Source: an uncultured Hyphomicrobiales bacterium
GTDB taxonomy: Bacteria > Pseudomonadota > Alphaproteobacteria > Rhizobiales > TMED25
NCBI GenBank assembly: GCA_905181735.1
Contig: CAJIYR010000008.1
Location: forward strand, 154,214 to 218,213
Direction of reading: 5' to 3'
Length of the DNA: 64,000 nt
The position numbers and the translations under genes were made by a program. The notes beneath the pieces were generated by a model, which worked only from the letters and a program-made list of their open reading frames with translations, was not told the origin of the DNA and made no database searches. Positions 40,841 to 49,783 of the stretch are shown one piece after another (the first letter of the stretch is position 1; every line of letters starts with the position of its first letter).

Positions 40841-42142
40841 GTGATAAAATACATAAAAAAATCAAAATCAAGTGTTTCTAAATCAGATGACAATGAAGAT
40901 ATAAAAATAACAGTTGAGAGTATAATATCTGATATCAGAGAGAACGGTGATCAAGCACTTCGAACATATTCTACAAAATTTGACAAATGGAACCCTAAAA
41001 CTTTTCTTCTTACACGTGATGAAGTCACCTCAGCGCAATCAAAGTTATCAAAATCTCAGATTGAAGATATAAAATTTGCACAAAAACAAATTAAGAATTT
41101 TGCCGAACATCAATTAGGTACGATCAAGGACTTAGAGGTTGAGACTTTACCGGGAGTATTTTTAGGTCACAAAAATATACCAGTAAATAGTGTTGGTTGC
41201 TATGTCCCTGGAGGAAGATACCCAATGGTAGCTTCTGCACATATGAGCATTATTACCGCCAAAGTTGCAGGAGTGAAAAGAGTTATTGCATGTGCGCCTC
41301 CATATAATGGCGCTGCTCACCCTGCAATTGTAACTGCCATGCATCTTGCTGGAGCTGATGAAATATATGTAATCGGTGGGATTCAAGCAATTGCTGCAAT
41401 GGGGATTGGCACCGAGAGCATTAAATCAACAAATATGATTGTTGGCCCTGGAAACTCATATGTTGCTGAGGCAAAAAGACAATTATTTGGAGAAATAGGT
41501 ATAGATTTAATCGCGGGACCTACTGAAACATTAATAATTGCAGACGATACGTCTGATGGAGAAATATGCGCAACAGACTTGTTAGGCCAGGCAGAACATG
41601 GACCTACGTCACCAGCAATTCTGATAACAACGTCAGAAAGAGTTGCTCTTGAAACAATCAGCGAAGTAAATAGGTTGCTAAAAATATTACCGACAGCTGA
41701 TATAGCAAGAAAATCTTGGGAAGATTTTGGGCAAGTCATATTATGTCAGAATGACCAAGAGATGGTAGAAGAAGCTGATAAAATCTCGTCAGAACATGTC
41801 CAGGTAATGACAAAAGATCCAAATTACTTTTTAAACGCTCTATCAAATTATGGGGCTTTATTTCTAGGTCACGAAACGAATGTTGCTTATGGGGATAAAA
41901 TAATAGGAACAAATCACACTCTTCCTACAAAAAAAGCAAGCAGATATACCGGTGGTTTATGGGTAGGCAAATTTATCAAAACATGCACTTATCAAAGAAT
42001 AGAAAACAAGAAAACATCTGCTGATATAGGTGAAATATGCTCAAGGCTATCAATGCTAGAAGGCTTCTCGGGTCATTCAGAGCAAGCAAATATAAGAGTT
42101 AGAAGGTTTTCAGGGAAAAATGTACCCTTTCCAAAAAAATAA
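40841..42142 (+). CDS. histidinol-dehydrogenase-family NAD-dependent 4-electron dehydrogenase (paralogue, not in a his operon)
   Basis: [29 protein letters not shown] and [14 protein letters not shown] segments correspond to the HisD Zn-ligand and catalytic regions. GTG start. Confidence 0.85.
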   Translation: MIKYIKKSKSSVSKSDDNEDIKITVESIISDIRENGDQALRTYSTKFDKWNPKTFLLTRDEVTSAQSKLSKSQIEDIKFAQKQIKNFAEHQLGTIKDLEVETLPGVFLGHKNIPVNSVGCYVPGGRYPMVASAHMSIITAKVAGVKRVIACAPPYNGAAHPAIVTAMHLAGADEIYVIGGIQAIAAMGIGTESIKSTNMIVGPGNSYVAEAKRQLFGEIGIDLIAGPTETLIIADDTSDGEICATDLLGQAEHGPTSPAILITTSERVALETISEVNRLLKILPTADIARKSWEDFGQVILCQNDQEMVEEADKISSEHVQVMTKDPNYFLNALSNYGALFLGHETNVAYGDKIIGTNHTLPTKKASRYTGGLWVGKFIKTCTYQRIENKKTSADIGEICSRLSMLEGFSGHSEQANIRVRRFSGKNVPFPKK

Positions 42143-42919
42143 TTATGCTATTTTTTTGTATGGGGCAGACAGACCTTCTAAAACTTTTGGCATTGTTTTT
42201 GGTATATTAAGTATAGGCAACCCATGTGTTGGGGCTATGGCTTTAATGTCTTTTTCTATAATCAATGCCCTTAATTCATCAGCATAGATATCCATATCAA
42301 CAAAATTAGTCCAGAAAAGAGCTAACTCTGCAAATACTGCAGAAACATCAAATAAATCAAGTGTTTTAGCTTCTTCTGCTATCATTCCGCAATGTCCATC
42401 TTCATGATAATGACTGTAAGCAAAACCATCCCCAGGAAACAATAAATTCATGGGCTTTATGCATCCCCACAAAGATGTCCTAAGATCACGCACAACAGGT
42501 TCTAGTGCCTCAAACTCTATACCACCTAAATCAATACTATCACCAACTTCCATTGCAATAAAACTTTTTGCATGATCAGGAAAAGCCATATGATAATCAC
42601 TAACGTCACCGTGAACAGTTAATTCGGGGTAAAGATTCAAGAATCTTCCAACACCACCCGCATGCGGCGTCTCTTGGTGTGTAATAAAAAGATATTTAAG
42701 AGGAATATTTTTTTTAACAAGAATTGATTTTATTTGTTCGTCTAATTTTTTAAAATCTTTTGGATGACCGGTTTCTATTAATAGTGCCGATTCATTCCCA
42801 ATGACTAAATATGCCGAGTTATATGAATGATATATCTTTCCTTTTGATCTTTGTTCAAGACAATCACCTAACCAAAAAATATTTTTAATAATTTCGCGAG
42901 GTAAAGTTGCATTACTCAT
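42143..42919 (-). CDS. metallo-beta-lactamase-fold protein resembling the diiron domain of flavodiiron proteins (no flavodoxin domain)
   Basis: IFWLGD...YNSAYLVIGNESALLIETG and ITHQETPHAGG (H-x-E-x-P-H where flavodiiron proteins have H-x-E-x-D-H), with later FPGDGFAYSH and APTHG. Confidence 0.7.
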   Translation of the reverse strand: MSNATLPREIIKNIFWLGDCLEQRSKGKIYHSYNSAYLVIGNESALLIETGHPKDFKKLDEQIKSILVKKNIPLKYLFITHQETPHAGGVGRFLNLYPELTVHGDVSDYHMAFPDHAKSFIAMEVGDSIDLGGIEFEALEPVVRDLRTSLWGCIKPMNLLFPGDGFAYSHYHEDGHCGMIAEEAKTLDLFDVSAVFAELALFWTNFVDMDIYADELRALIIEKDIKAIAPTHGLPILNIPKTMPKVLEGLSAPYKKIA

Positions 42920-42921
42920 TT

Positions 42922-43785
42922 TTATCTCTCCAATCCTCTCGGAACATAAACTGGTTTAATTTTTGAATTATCCAGATCACGTAAAACATTATCCAATACT
43001 TGAAATTGATTTTTTACCATATCATAACCATGGTATATAATTCCATAACCAGGGGCAATGGTTTTAATATCAAATGTTTCAAAAACTTTTTTCACACCAT
43101 CTCTTAACATTGAAGTCTTAGCTCCTTCTAACCACCAGTACCTAGTATTTAATAAATAAGATCTAACAAAGGACTCGTTTGTATCTTCATGATTATCTGA
43201 CAGAATCCATGATCCTCTATCGGCATTCCAGATGCCATGACTAAACATATCCGATGAAAACAAAATTTTAGAACACGGATCATAAATCCAAGCTGTGTTG
43301 ATTAATCTTATAGGTGCGTTCATTGTATGAATATACCTTTTATTAGAATTGCCAACTTCATATTTATTATCACCGCGAAGAATAATAGTTGGAATATTTT
43401 TAAGTGATAAATCTTGCTCACTACCCGTAAAATCAAACCAGTCAGCCGCTTCAGGGTGAGGCGAATAATAATTCACAACATTGAATTTTTGAGATATTGC
43501 CTTCGTATTCCCCACTGACATGAATTCATTGATCCTTAAGGGAATAATATGAAGAGGTAATTCAGTTGATATTAAACTCGATAATTGGTTTAAAATAGAT
43601 TCTTGATGACACACAAATCCTGTATCAAACAAAAAAGCACCGTCATCTTCTTTTAATAAATAGCAATTACTAGGAGAATAACCTTTAGATGAATTTGGAT
43701 ACGCACTCAATCTTCCATCTAATTTAATTGTATTTTGAAGGGCGTAAACCTTATCGTCAAATAAATTAATTATATTGTTAGACAA
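42922..43785 (-). CDS. divergent metallo-beta-lactamase-fold protein with a degenerate metal motif
   Basis: NCYLLKEDDGAFLFDTGF and LFSSDMFSH keep the fold signature. The first His-rich motif is replaced by IPLRINEFMSVGN. It lies 2 nt upstream of the partner gene. Confidence 0.6.
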   Translation of the reverse strand: MSNNIINLFDDKVYALQNTIKLDGRLSAYPNSSKGYSPSNCYLLKEDDGAFLFDTGFVCHQESILNQLSSLISTELPLHIIPLRINEFMSVGNTKAISQKFNVVNYYSPHPEAADWFDFTGSEQDLSLKNIPTIILRGDNKYEVGNSNKRYIHTMNAPIRLINTAWIYDPCSKILFSSDMFSHGIWNADRGSWILSDNHEDTNESFVRSYLLNTRYWWLEGAKTSMLRDGVKKVFETFDIKTIAPGYGIIYHGYDMVKNQFQVLDNVLRDLDNSKIKPVYVPRGLER

Positions 43786-43903
43786 AACCAGAACTCCCGA
43801 ATAATAATAAAGTTAAATATAGTTCGCTCATTACTTTATATTCATAAGTATAGTTTATTTATAACATTAATAAAATAATAAAATAGAATCTAAAGACCTT
43901 TAA

Positions 43904-44791
43904 ATGATATCAAATAATAAAATAAACAAAATAAATAATAAAAAAGGTGCCCTATTTGCATTAGGCTCGTCTGTAGCTTATGGGTTCAATAATCCACTAG
44001 CAGCTCTCGGCGCGCACAATGGTATCCCAACAATTTATTCGGCAGCTTTTAGAGCTATGATAATGCTTATAATCTCTTTTTTTGTTCTAAAATCAACAAA
44101 GAAAAATTTTAATTTACCTAAAAATGTTAGAAAAGATATTGCAATAATGGCTGTAACTACAACTCTTATAAGCCTATGCTACGTTGGTTCTATAAATTTT
44201 ATTTCAGTATCTTTGGCTGCAATAATTTTTTTTACTTTTCCTATACAAATATTGATTTACAGCATAGTTTTTAAGAATGAAAAGCTTCAATACATTGAAA
44301 TTTTTGTATTTATATTTGTTTTCCTTGGTCTAACTTTAGTAATTACACCAGATTTAAATAACATAAATTTAGTTGGTGTGCTGCTTGCTTTTATCTCAAG
44401 CATATCTGCTACTTTTTTATATTTTTCAGGAGCAGTGGCTGCAAAAAAAAGTAACCCGTTTCTAATTGGTTTTTGGATGCATCTTCTAGCATTCCCAATA
44501 ATTACATTAATTTCCTTCGTAATATATAATTTCGTTGAAATAACATCATTAAAAATGCTTTACCCAATGGTATTGATGGCCGCATGCTATGTCCTAGCCT
44601 ATTATTTTCAAATACTATCCTTTAAGTACACCACCCCAATCATATCAAGTTTATTTTTTAATGCAGAGCCAATAATGACCGGCATTGCTGCTGCCATTAT
44701 CCTAAAAGAAAAATTAATGCCAGCGCAATACTTAGGTGCTATTTTGGTATTTAGTGCATTGGTACTCAATAGCTTAAGAAAAAAAATATAA
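43904..44791 (+). CDS. EamA/DMT-family transporter
   Basis: 295 aa with about 10 TM segments in two repeated halves. Confidence 0.8.
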   Translation: MISNNKINKINNKKGALFALGSSVAYGFNNPLAALGAHNGIPTIYSAAFRAMIMLIISFFVLKSTKKNFNLPKNVRKDIAIMAVTTTLISLCYVGSINFISVSLAAIIFFTFPIQILIYSIVFKNEKLQYIEIFVFIFVFLGLTLVITPDLNNINLVGVLLAFISSISATFLYFSGAVAAKKSNPFLIGFWMHLLAFPIITLISFVIYNFVEITSLKMLYPMVLMAACYVLAYYFQILSFKYTTPIISSLFFNAEPIMTGIAAAIILKEKLMPAQYLGAILVFSALVLNSLRKKI

Positions 44792-44793
44792 AT

Positions 44794-45021
44794 TTATACA
44801 ACCTTTATCTTGCAATAAATCAGATCATTTTTTTCATAAATTTCTATCAAAACGTTATCACTTTCATTGCAGAAATGAGGTATGTCTATCTTCGCAGCTT
44901 TATCTGATGCAACAACACTCATGATATCACCTGATTGCATATCTCTTATTGCTTTTCTAATTTTTAGAACTGGGATTGGGCATTGCAATCCAACTAAATC
45001 TAAATATTTTAATTCACTCAA
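44794..45021 (-). CDS. TusA/SirA-family sulfur carrier protein
   Basis: LDLVGLQCPIPVLKIRKAI (CPxP motif). 75 aa. Confidence 0.8.
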   Translation of the reverse strand: MSELKYLDLVGLQCPIPVLKIRKAIRDMQSGDIMSVVASDKAAKIDIPHFCNESDNVLIEIYEKNDLIYCKIKVV

Positions 45022-45160
45022 AAAAGACTCCTTGAAATCAGCTTCACAGTTAAAACAAAACGTTCGTTCTGTAAATTAAATATATACAAAAAAATATCCA
45101 ATGGTATTATAAATACTCTAGATAGCACAAAACCTTTCGTATTTAAAGTTATTAGAAAAA

Positions 45161-45970
45161 ATGAAAAAATTTACAGTTAAACCAAATCCAGATGACGAAT
45201 CCTTATTCGAGACAATATCTGCGATAGATCATGCTGGAGATGAGGTAATAACATACGTTATTCAAGAAAAGCCTATTTCCCTGTATTTGAATAATCAAGA
45301 AATTGTAACTCTGATGACAATTGGTGATTATCTAGAAGAATTAAGCATTGGTTACCTTGTTAACCAAGGTATGCTGTGTGAAAAAGATACCATAATGGGT
45401 ATAGATTACGAAGAAGATATCAATACTATAGTTGTAAGGACCGATAAAAAAACAAATTACGAAGAAAAGTTAAAGAAAAAAATTCAAACTTCCGGATGTG
45501 CTCAAGGTACAACATTCGGTGATATTATGGATAACTTTGATAAAATTAATTTAAGGAAAGATATATTTATTAAGATAAAATGGATATTCTCACTGATAAA
45601 GTTAATAAATACATGCCCCTCTCTGTATCTCAAAACTGGCGCTATTCATGGCTGTGTCTTATGCGACCAAGATACGCCTATTATTTATATGGAGGATGTA
45701 GGTAGACATAACGCTATAGATAAAATTACTGGATACTGCCGTATAAACAATATATCTACACATGATAAAATATTTTATACAACAGGAAGACTGACGTCAG
45801 AAATGATCATTAAATGCGTTAAAATGAATATACCAATTTTAATATCTCGCTCTGGATTTACAGCGTGGGGTGTAAACCTTGCTAGAGAGGCTGGATTAAC
45901 TCTAATAGGAAGAGCAAGAGGAAGCAGATATATTGTATTATCAGGATCTGAAAGGATTATAAATGATTAA
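45161..45970 (+). CDS. fdhD: formate dehydrogenase accessory sulfurtransferase FdhD/FdsC
   Basis: EDVGRHNAIDK, TSGCAQG and SRSGFTAWGV segments. 269 aa. Confidence 0.85.
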   Translation: MKKFTVKPNPDDESLFETISAIDHAGDEVITYVIQEKPISLYLNNQEIVTLMTIGDYLEELSIGYLVNQGMLCEKDTIMGIDYEEDINTIVVRTDKKTNYEEKLKKKIQTSGCAQGTTFGDIMDNFDKINLRKDIFIKIKWIFSLIKLINTCPSLYLKTGAIHGCVLCDQDTPIIYMEDVGRHNAIDKITGYCRINNISTHDKIFYTTGRLTSEMIIKCVKMNIPILISRSGFTAWGVNLAREAGLTLIGRARGSRYIVLSGSERIIND

Positions 45971-46577
45971 CAATGAGGTAGCTGTTCTTCTTTTAGCAGG
46001 CGGCCAGTCTCGTCGACTCGGAGGCGGTGATAAATGTTTAAGAAGTCTAGAAAAAGAAATTATTTTAGATAAAATTCTACAAAAAATATTGCCACAAAAT
46101 AAATCTATAATTCTTAATGCAAACGGGGATCCCGATAGATTCTCAAAATATTCTTTCCCAATAATTCAGGATACTATGGATGGCTATCTAGGACCACTAG
46201 TTGGGATATTAAGTGGAATGGAATGGGTAAGGAAAAACCAAAAAAATAAAAAATATATTGTTAGTATCGCTACGGATACTCCATTCTTTCCTTATAATCT
46301 AGTAGAAAAACTATATAGCACGGCCATAGCCAGACCAGAGAAAATTATATGTGCTAGTTGGCAAGGGAGAAAAAATCCAGTTTTTGCTATATGGCCAATC
46401 TCACTTAGCCATGATTTAAGGAAGGATATATTATCAGGATCTAGGAAGATAGACAGCTGGACCTATAAATATGGCGTTTATGCAATAAATTTTATTTCAC
46501 CAAACGATCCTTTTTTTAATATAAATACACCAGAAGATTTAAAATTAGCCAATGAAATGGTAGGGGGGAGAAAATGA
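45963..46577 (+). CDS. mobA: molybdenum cofactor guanylyltransferase
   Basis: LLLAGGQSRRLGGGDK and ATDTPFFP motifs. 204 aa. Confidence 0.88.
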   Translation: MINNEVAVLLLAGGQSRRLGGGDKCLRSLEKEIILDKILQKILPQNKSIILNANGDPDRFSKYSFPIIQDTMDGYLGPLVGILSGMEWVRKNQKNKKYIVSIATDTPFFPYNLVEKLYSTAIARPEKIICASWQGRKNPVFAIWPISLSHDLRKDILSGSRKIDSWTYKYGVYAINFISPNDPFFNINTPEDLKLANEMVGGRK

Positions 46578-47083
46578 AAAAAAAACCATTTATTATTGGA
46601 ATTGTAGGGCTAAAAAATACAGGAAAAACAACTTTAATCATAAATATAATTAAAATTTTAGTTAAAAAAAAATACAATGTATCAACTATTAAGCATGCCC
46701 ATCATGAAGTGCAAATAGATGAACCTGGAAGGGACAGTTATCAACACAGAATAGCGGGCGCGCACCAGGTGATATTATCAACGGAAAATAAATGGGCATT
46801 AATAAATAGTTGCAAAGAAACACCTGAATTAGAATATCTCATAAAAAAATTTGAGAATACTGATATAATATTAGTAGAAGGTTATAAAAATAGTAAAATA
46901 CCAAAAATAGAAGTACGAAGATATAAAAAATATGATTACAAAAATGAAGATATAGCAGAAAACATTATAGCTATCAGCAGTGACACAAAGGTTAGTCAAA
47001 ACAAAATAATCTTTAATTCAAATGATTACGATGCGGTATCAAATTTTATAATTAAAAAACATAATGAGATTAACTGTGAATAA
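46574..47083 (+). CDS. mobB: molybdopterin-guanine dinucleotide biosynthesis adapter protein
   Basis: Walker A GLKNTGKTTL and a VEGYK motif. ATGA overlap with mobA. Confidence 0.8.
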   Translation: MKKKPFIIGIVGLKNTGKTTLIINIIKILVKKKYNVSTIKHAHHEVQIDEPGRDSYQHRIAGAHQVILSTENKWALINSCKETPELEYLIKKFENTDIILVEGYKNSKIPKIEVRRYKKYDYKNEDIAENIIAISSDTKVSQNKIIFNSNDYDAVSNFIIKKHNEINCE

Positions 47084-48344
47084 AATAACAGTAGACATTT
47101 CAAATAATTGTTTGACTGAGAATAAAAAAATTAATAAGCACGAAGATTTATTAAATTTTATAGAACAAAAAAAATCATACGAAACAGGATTGAGCAATCT
47201 TGAAATCAACAAAGCGCTTGGTTTATATGTTTCTTTCAACATAACTTCAACATCCAATATACCAGCAAACAACAATTCTGCTGTTGATGGTTATGCAATC
47301 AGATGTTCTGATTTGAAAGAGAATAAAGAAAATACATTTAATGTATATAGGACAATTATTGCAGGAGATAGCAAGACTTACATTCTTGGGGAAGCAGAGG
47401 CCATAGAAATATTTACCGGCTCAATAGTTCCTAAAGGTGCCGATGCGATAGTTATGAAAGAAGATATTGTTATTCTAAATAATAACCAGATAAAGATTGA
47501 TAAATCATTAGAAATTAATCAAAACATAAGAAAAGCCGGAGAAGATATAAAAAAGAATCAATTGGTCTTAAACAAAAACCATCAATTAAATGAGATTGAC
47601 ATTGGAATGCTAGCATCTCTAGGGTTACGGAATATTAATGTATTTAATCAATTAAATATTGGTATTATATCAACAGGCAATGAAATAAAACGTCCGGGAG
47701 AAATTCTTGAACAATCTGAATCATATGATAGCAATTATTATACCATTAATAATGCACTAAAAAAACTACCGGTCACAATTTACGATTACGGTGTAATTAA
47801 AGACAATCCTCTTGATTTGCAACATATTCTTGAAAAATCTACCGAAGAATGTGACTTGATAATAACTACAGGTGGAGTCAGTCAAGGCGGAGAAGACCAT
47901 GTAATAAAAACTATCAATAAGTATGGTGATCTTGATATATGGCAATTGGCGATAAAGCCAGGAAGGCCTATGGGCCTTGGTACATTTAATCAGAAAAACA
48001 TACTAATGTTACCAGGAAATCCTGTTGCCTCTATTATTTGTCTTTATTTGTATGGATTTCCTCTAATTAGAAGACTTGGAAATGGACTTGTTAGAACACC
48101 ACAACGATTTTTATTACCTGCTGGATTTAGCCTTAAAAATAAGAAACTGGGTAGAAGAGAATTCCTAAGAGGAAAGATATGCTATGAAGACAATATCCTT
48201 AATATAAGAAAATATGAAAATTCAGGTTCAGCAATATTATCATCTTTAAGACTTACTGACGGATTAATTGAAATTAATGAAGAAACTGAAAATATTTATG
48301 AAGGAGATTTAATAAAATTTATTCCCTTTAATGAATTTTATTAA
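47064..48344 (+). CDS. moeA: molybdopterin molybdotransferase
   Basis: AVDGYAI, TGGVSQGGEDHV and LPGNPVAS motifs. 426 aa. Confidence 0.88.
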   Translation: MRLTVNKITVDISNNCLTENKKINKHEDLLNFIEQKKSYETGLSNLEINKALGLYVSFNITSTSNIPANNNSAVDGYAIRCSDLKENKENTFNVYRTIIAGDSKTYILGEAEAIEIFTGSIVPKGADAIVMKEDIVILNNNQIKIDKSLEINQNIRKAGEDIKKNQLVLNKNHQLNEIDIGMLASLGLRNINVFNQLNIGIISTGNEIKRPGEILEQSESYDSNYYTINNALKKLPVTIYDYGVIKDNPLDLQHILEKSTEECDLIITTGGVSQGGEDHVIKTINKYGDLDIWQLAIKPGRPMGLGTFNQKNILMLPGNPVASIICLYLYGFPLIRRLGNGLVRTPQRFLLPAGFSLKNKKLGRREFLRGKICYEDNILNIRKYENSGSAILSSLRLTDGLIEINEETENIYEGDLIKFIPFNEFY

Positions 48345-48826
48345 TTTGACGTTGCAATAATTAATACCCAATAATGTTTATATTTACTATCTTCAACAAA
48401 GATATGGGCAATACCAAAATACTTAGCTGGATCTATTAACAAATTTTTATTATCACCTTCATTCTCTTGCCATAATTCCATTACTTCGAAAAGACTTGCT
48501 TTTCCCTCGTTTGTAATTTTAACAATATTCGTATATTTTTTATCTATATAACCTAATTTTTTTTTAAGATTTTCCTTATCTTTGGATAAGCTACTGGATA
48601 ATATGCTCTGCGATGAATAAACAGCATGTACCTCAGCAAGGTACGACAAGTTAGGATCTTCTGCTAGAACAGCTGTATTGTTTAAATTTCTATAAGAGTT
48701 CAGAATAATAGAATTGGTATTCATATTTTTTTTTAAAAGATTTATATCTTGGTCAAGGTAATCTGGCAAGAGTGAGCACGATACAGTTAAAATTAAAGTT
48801 AAAAAAAATAATACCAAATGCTTCAT
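48341..48826 (-). CDS. hypothetical lipoprotein (possibly CAP/SCP-like)
   Basis: Signal peptide with lipobox LTVSCS. The C-terminal WQENEG...YFGIAHI...HYWVLIIA is loosely CAP-domain-like. Confidence 0.55.
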   Translation of the reverse strand: MKHLVLFFLTLILTVSCSLLPDYLDQDINLLKKNMNTNSIILNSYRNLNNTAVLAEDPNLSYLAEVHAVYSSQSILSSSLSKDKENLKKKLGYIDKKYTNIVKITNEGKASLFEVMELWQENEGDNKNLLIDPAKYFGIAHIFVEDSKYKHYWVLIIATSN

Positions 48827-48935
48827 AATAAAAAACTTTATTAATCTTAGTTAACATAAACAATATCATCTATACTCTATTATATGAATTATTAGAGCAT
48901 AAAAAACATATAAACTAACAGGTTTAAATAATAAA

Positions 48936-49463
48936 ATGGAAAGCGTAACATACGATGATATTGGTCTGTTCATAATTAGGTGTGGCATTAGCTATATCTA
49001 TCTCCACGGATCATATATGACAGGATCCTCAGCATTTAGACGGGAAATTAGTATAAAAAGAACAAGTGTCTTATATAAAAATACAAGAGTTAAAAAAAAT
49101 TACATTAACTTCATAAGCTATATTTCATTTTACATCGGACTCACGTTAATGACTGCAGGTAGCTTGTTAATCTTAAGTGGAATTTATGTAAAAACAGGCG
49201 CCACAATGCTCATTTTATTTACTATCCCAGCAATCGTTATTCACCGCAAAGAAGCCTTTGAGTCACTATTGCTCAAAAATAAAATCTTATCCGATGAAAA
49301 AAATAAAACAAACAAAGATATAGAAACCTTAGCTCTTTACAGTCATGTTGGACAAAGATCTTCAGGAAATAAGAACTATATGCTATTGGCAATAAATTTT
49401 AGTTTACTATTTCTAGAAGACCCTGTAGGTATCATTTCTTTGCTTAACTTATTTTTTCCCTAA
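48936..49463 (+). CDS. hypothetical membrane protein
   Basis: 175-aa ORF with 3-4 hydrophobic segments. No family recognised. Confidence 0.45.
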   Translation: MESVTYDDIGLFIIRCGISYIYLHGSYMTGSSAFRREISIKRTSVLYKNTRVKKNYINFISYISFYIGLTLMTAGSLLILSGIYVKTGATMLILFTIPAIVIHRKEAFESLLLKNKILSDEKNKTNKDIETLALYSHVGQRSSGNKNYMLLAINFSLLFLEDPVGIISLLNLFFP

Positions 49464-49769
49464 ATCAATGAATGGAGCAGGAGTTAATAATTTATTCTCC
49501 TGACTTATAATCAGCTCTTTTACTTTTTGTAAAAATAAAAGCCATTCTTCTGATTGGAAAAGAAGACCTCTCCTTCTCATTCTTTCTTCGTAGCTTTCAT
49601 ATGCCCACATGTGAATAATCTGATTTAGCGGACCAAATTCTGTAGAAAAATACCCTACCATATTACCTAAAATTTCTGATTGAATTTTTAATCCGTATTT
49701 CTCATAGGTATCCATCCAAACTTTTGCTTTACCTGGGTACAAAGTGTAAATTCTTTCTTCAACTATCAT
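49449..49769 (-). CDS. NIPSNAP-family protein
   Basis: MIVEERIYTLYPGK...IIHMWAYESYEERMRRR is typical of the NIPSNAP dimeric alpha-beta barrel. Confidence 0.7.
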   Translation of the reverse strand: MIVEERIYTLYPGKAKVWMDTYEKYGLKIQSEILGNMVGYFSTEFGPLNQIIHMWAYESYEERMRRRGLLFQSEEWLLFLQKVKELIISQENKLLTPAPFIDLGKK

Positions 49770-49783
49770 AAAAATCTCCTATT

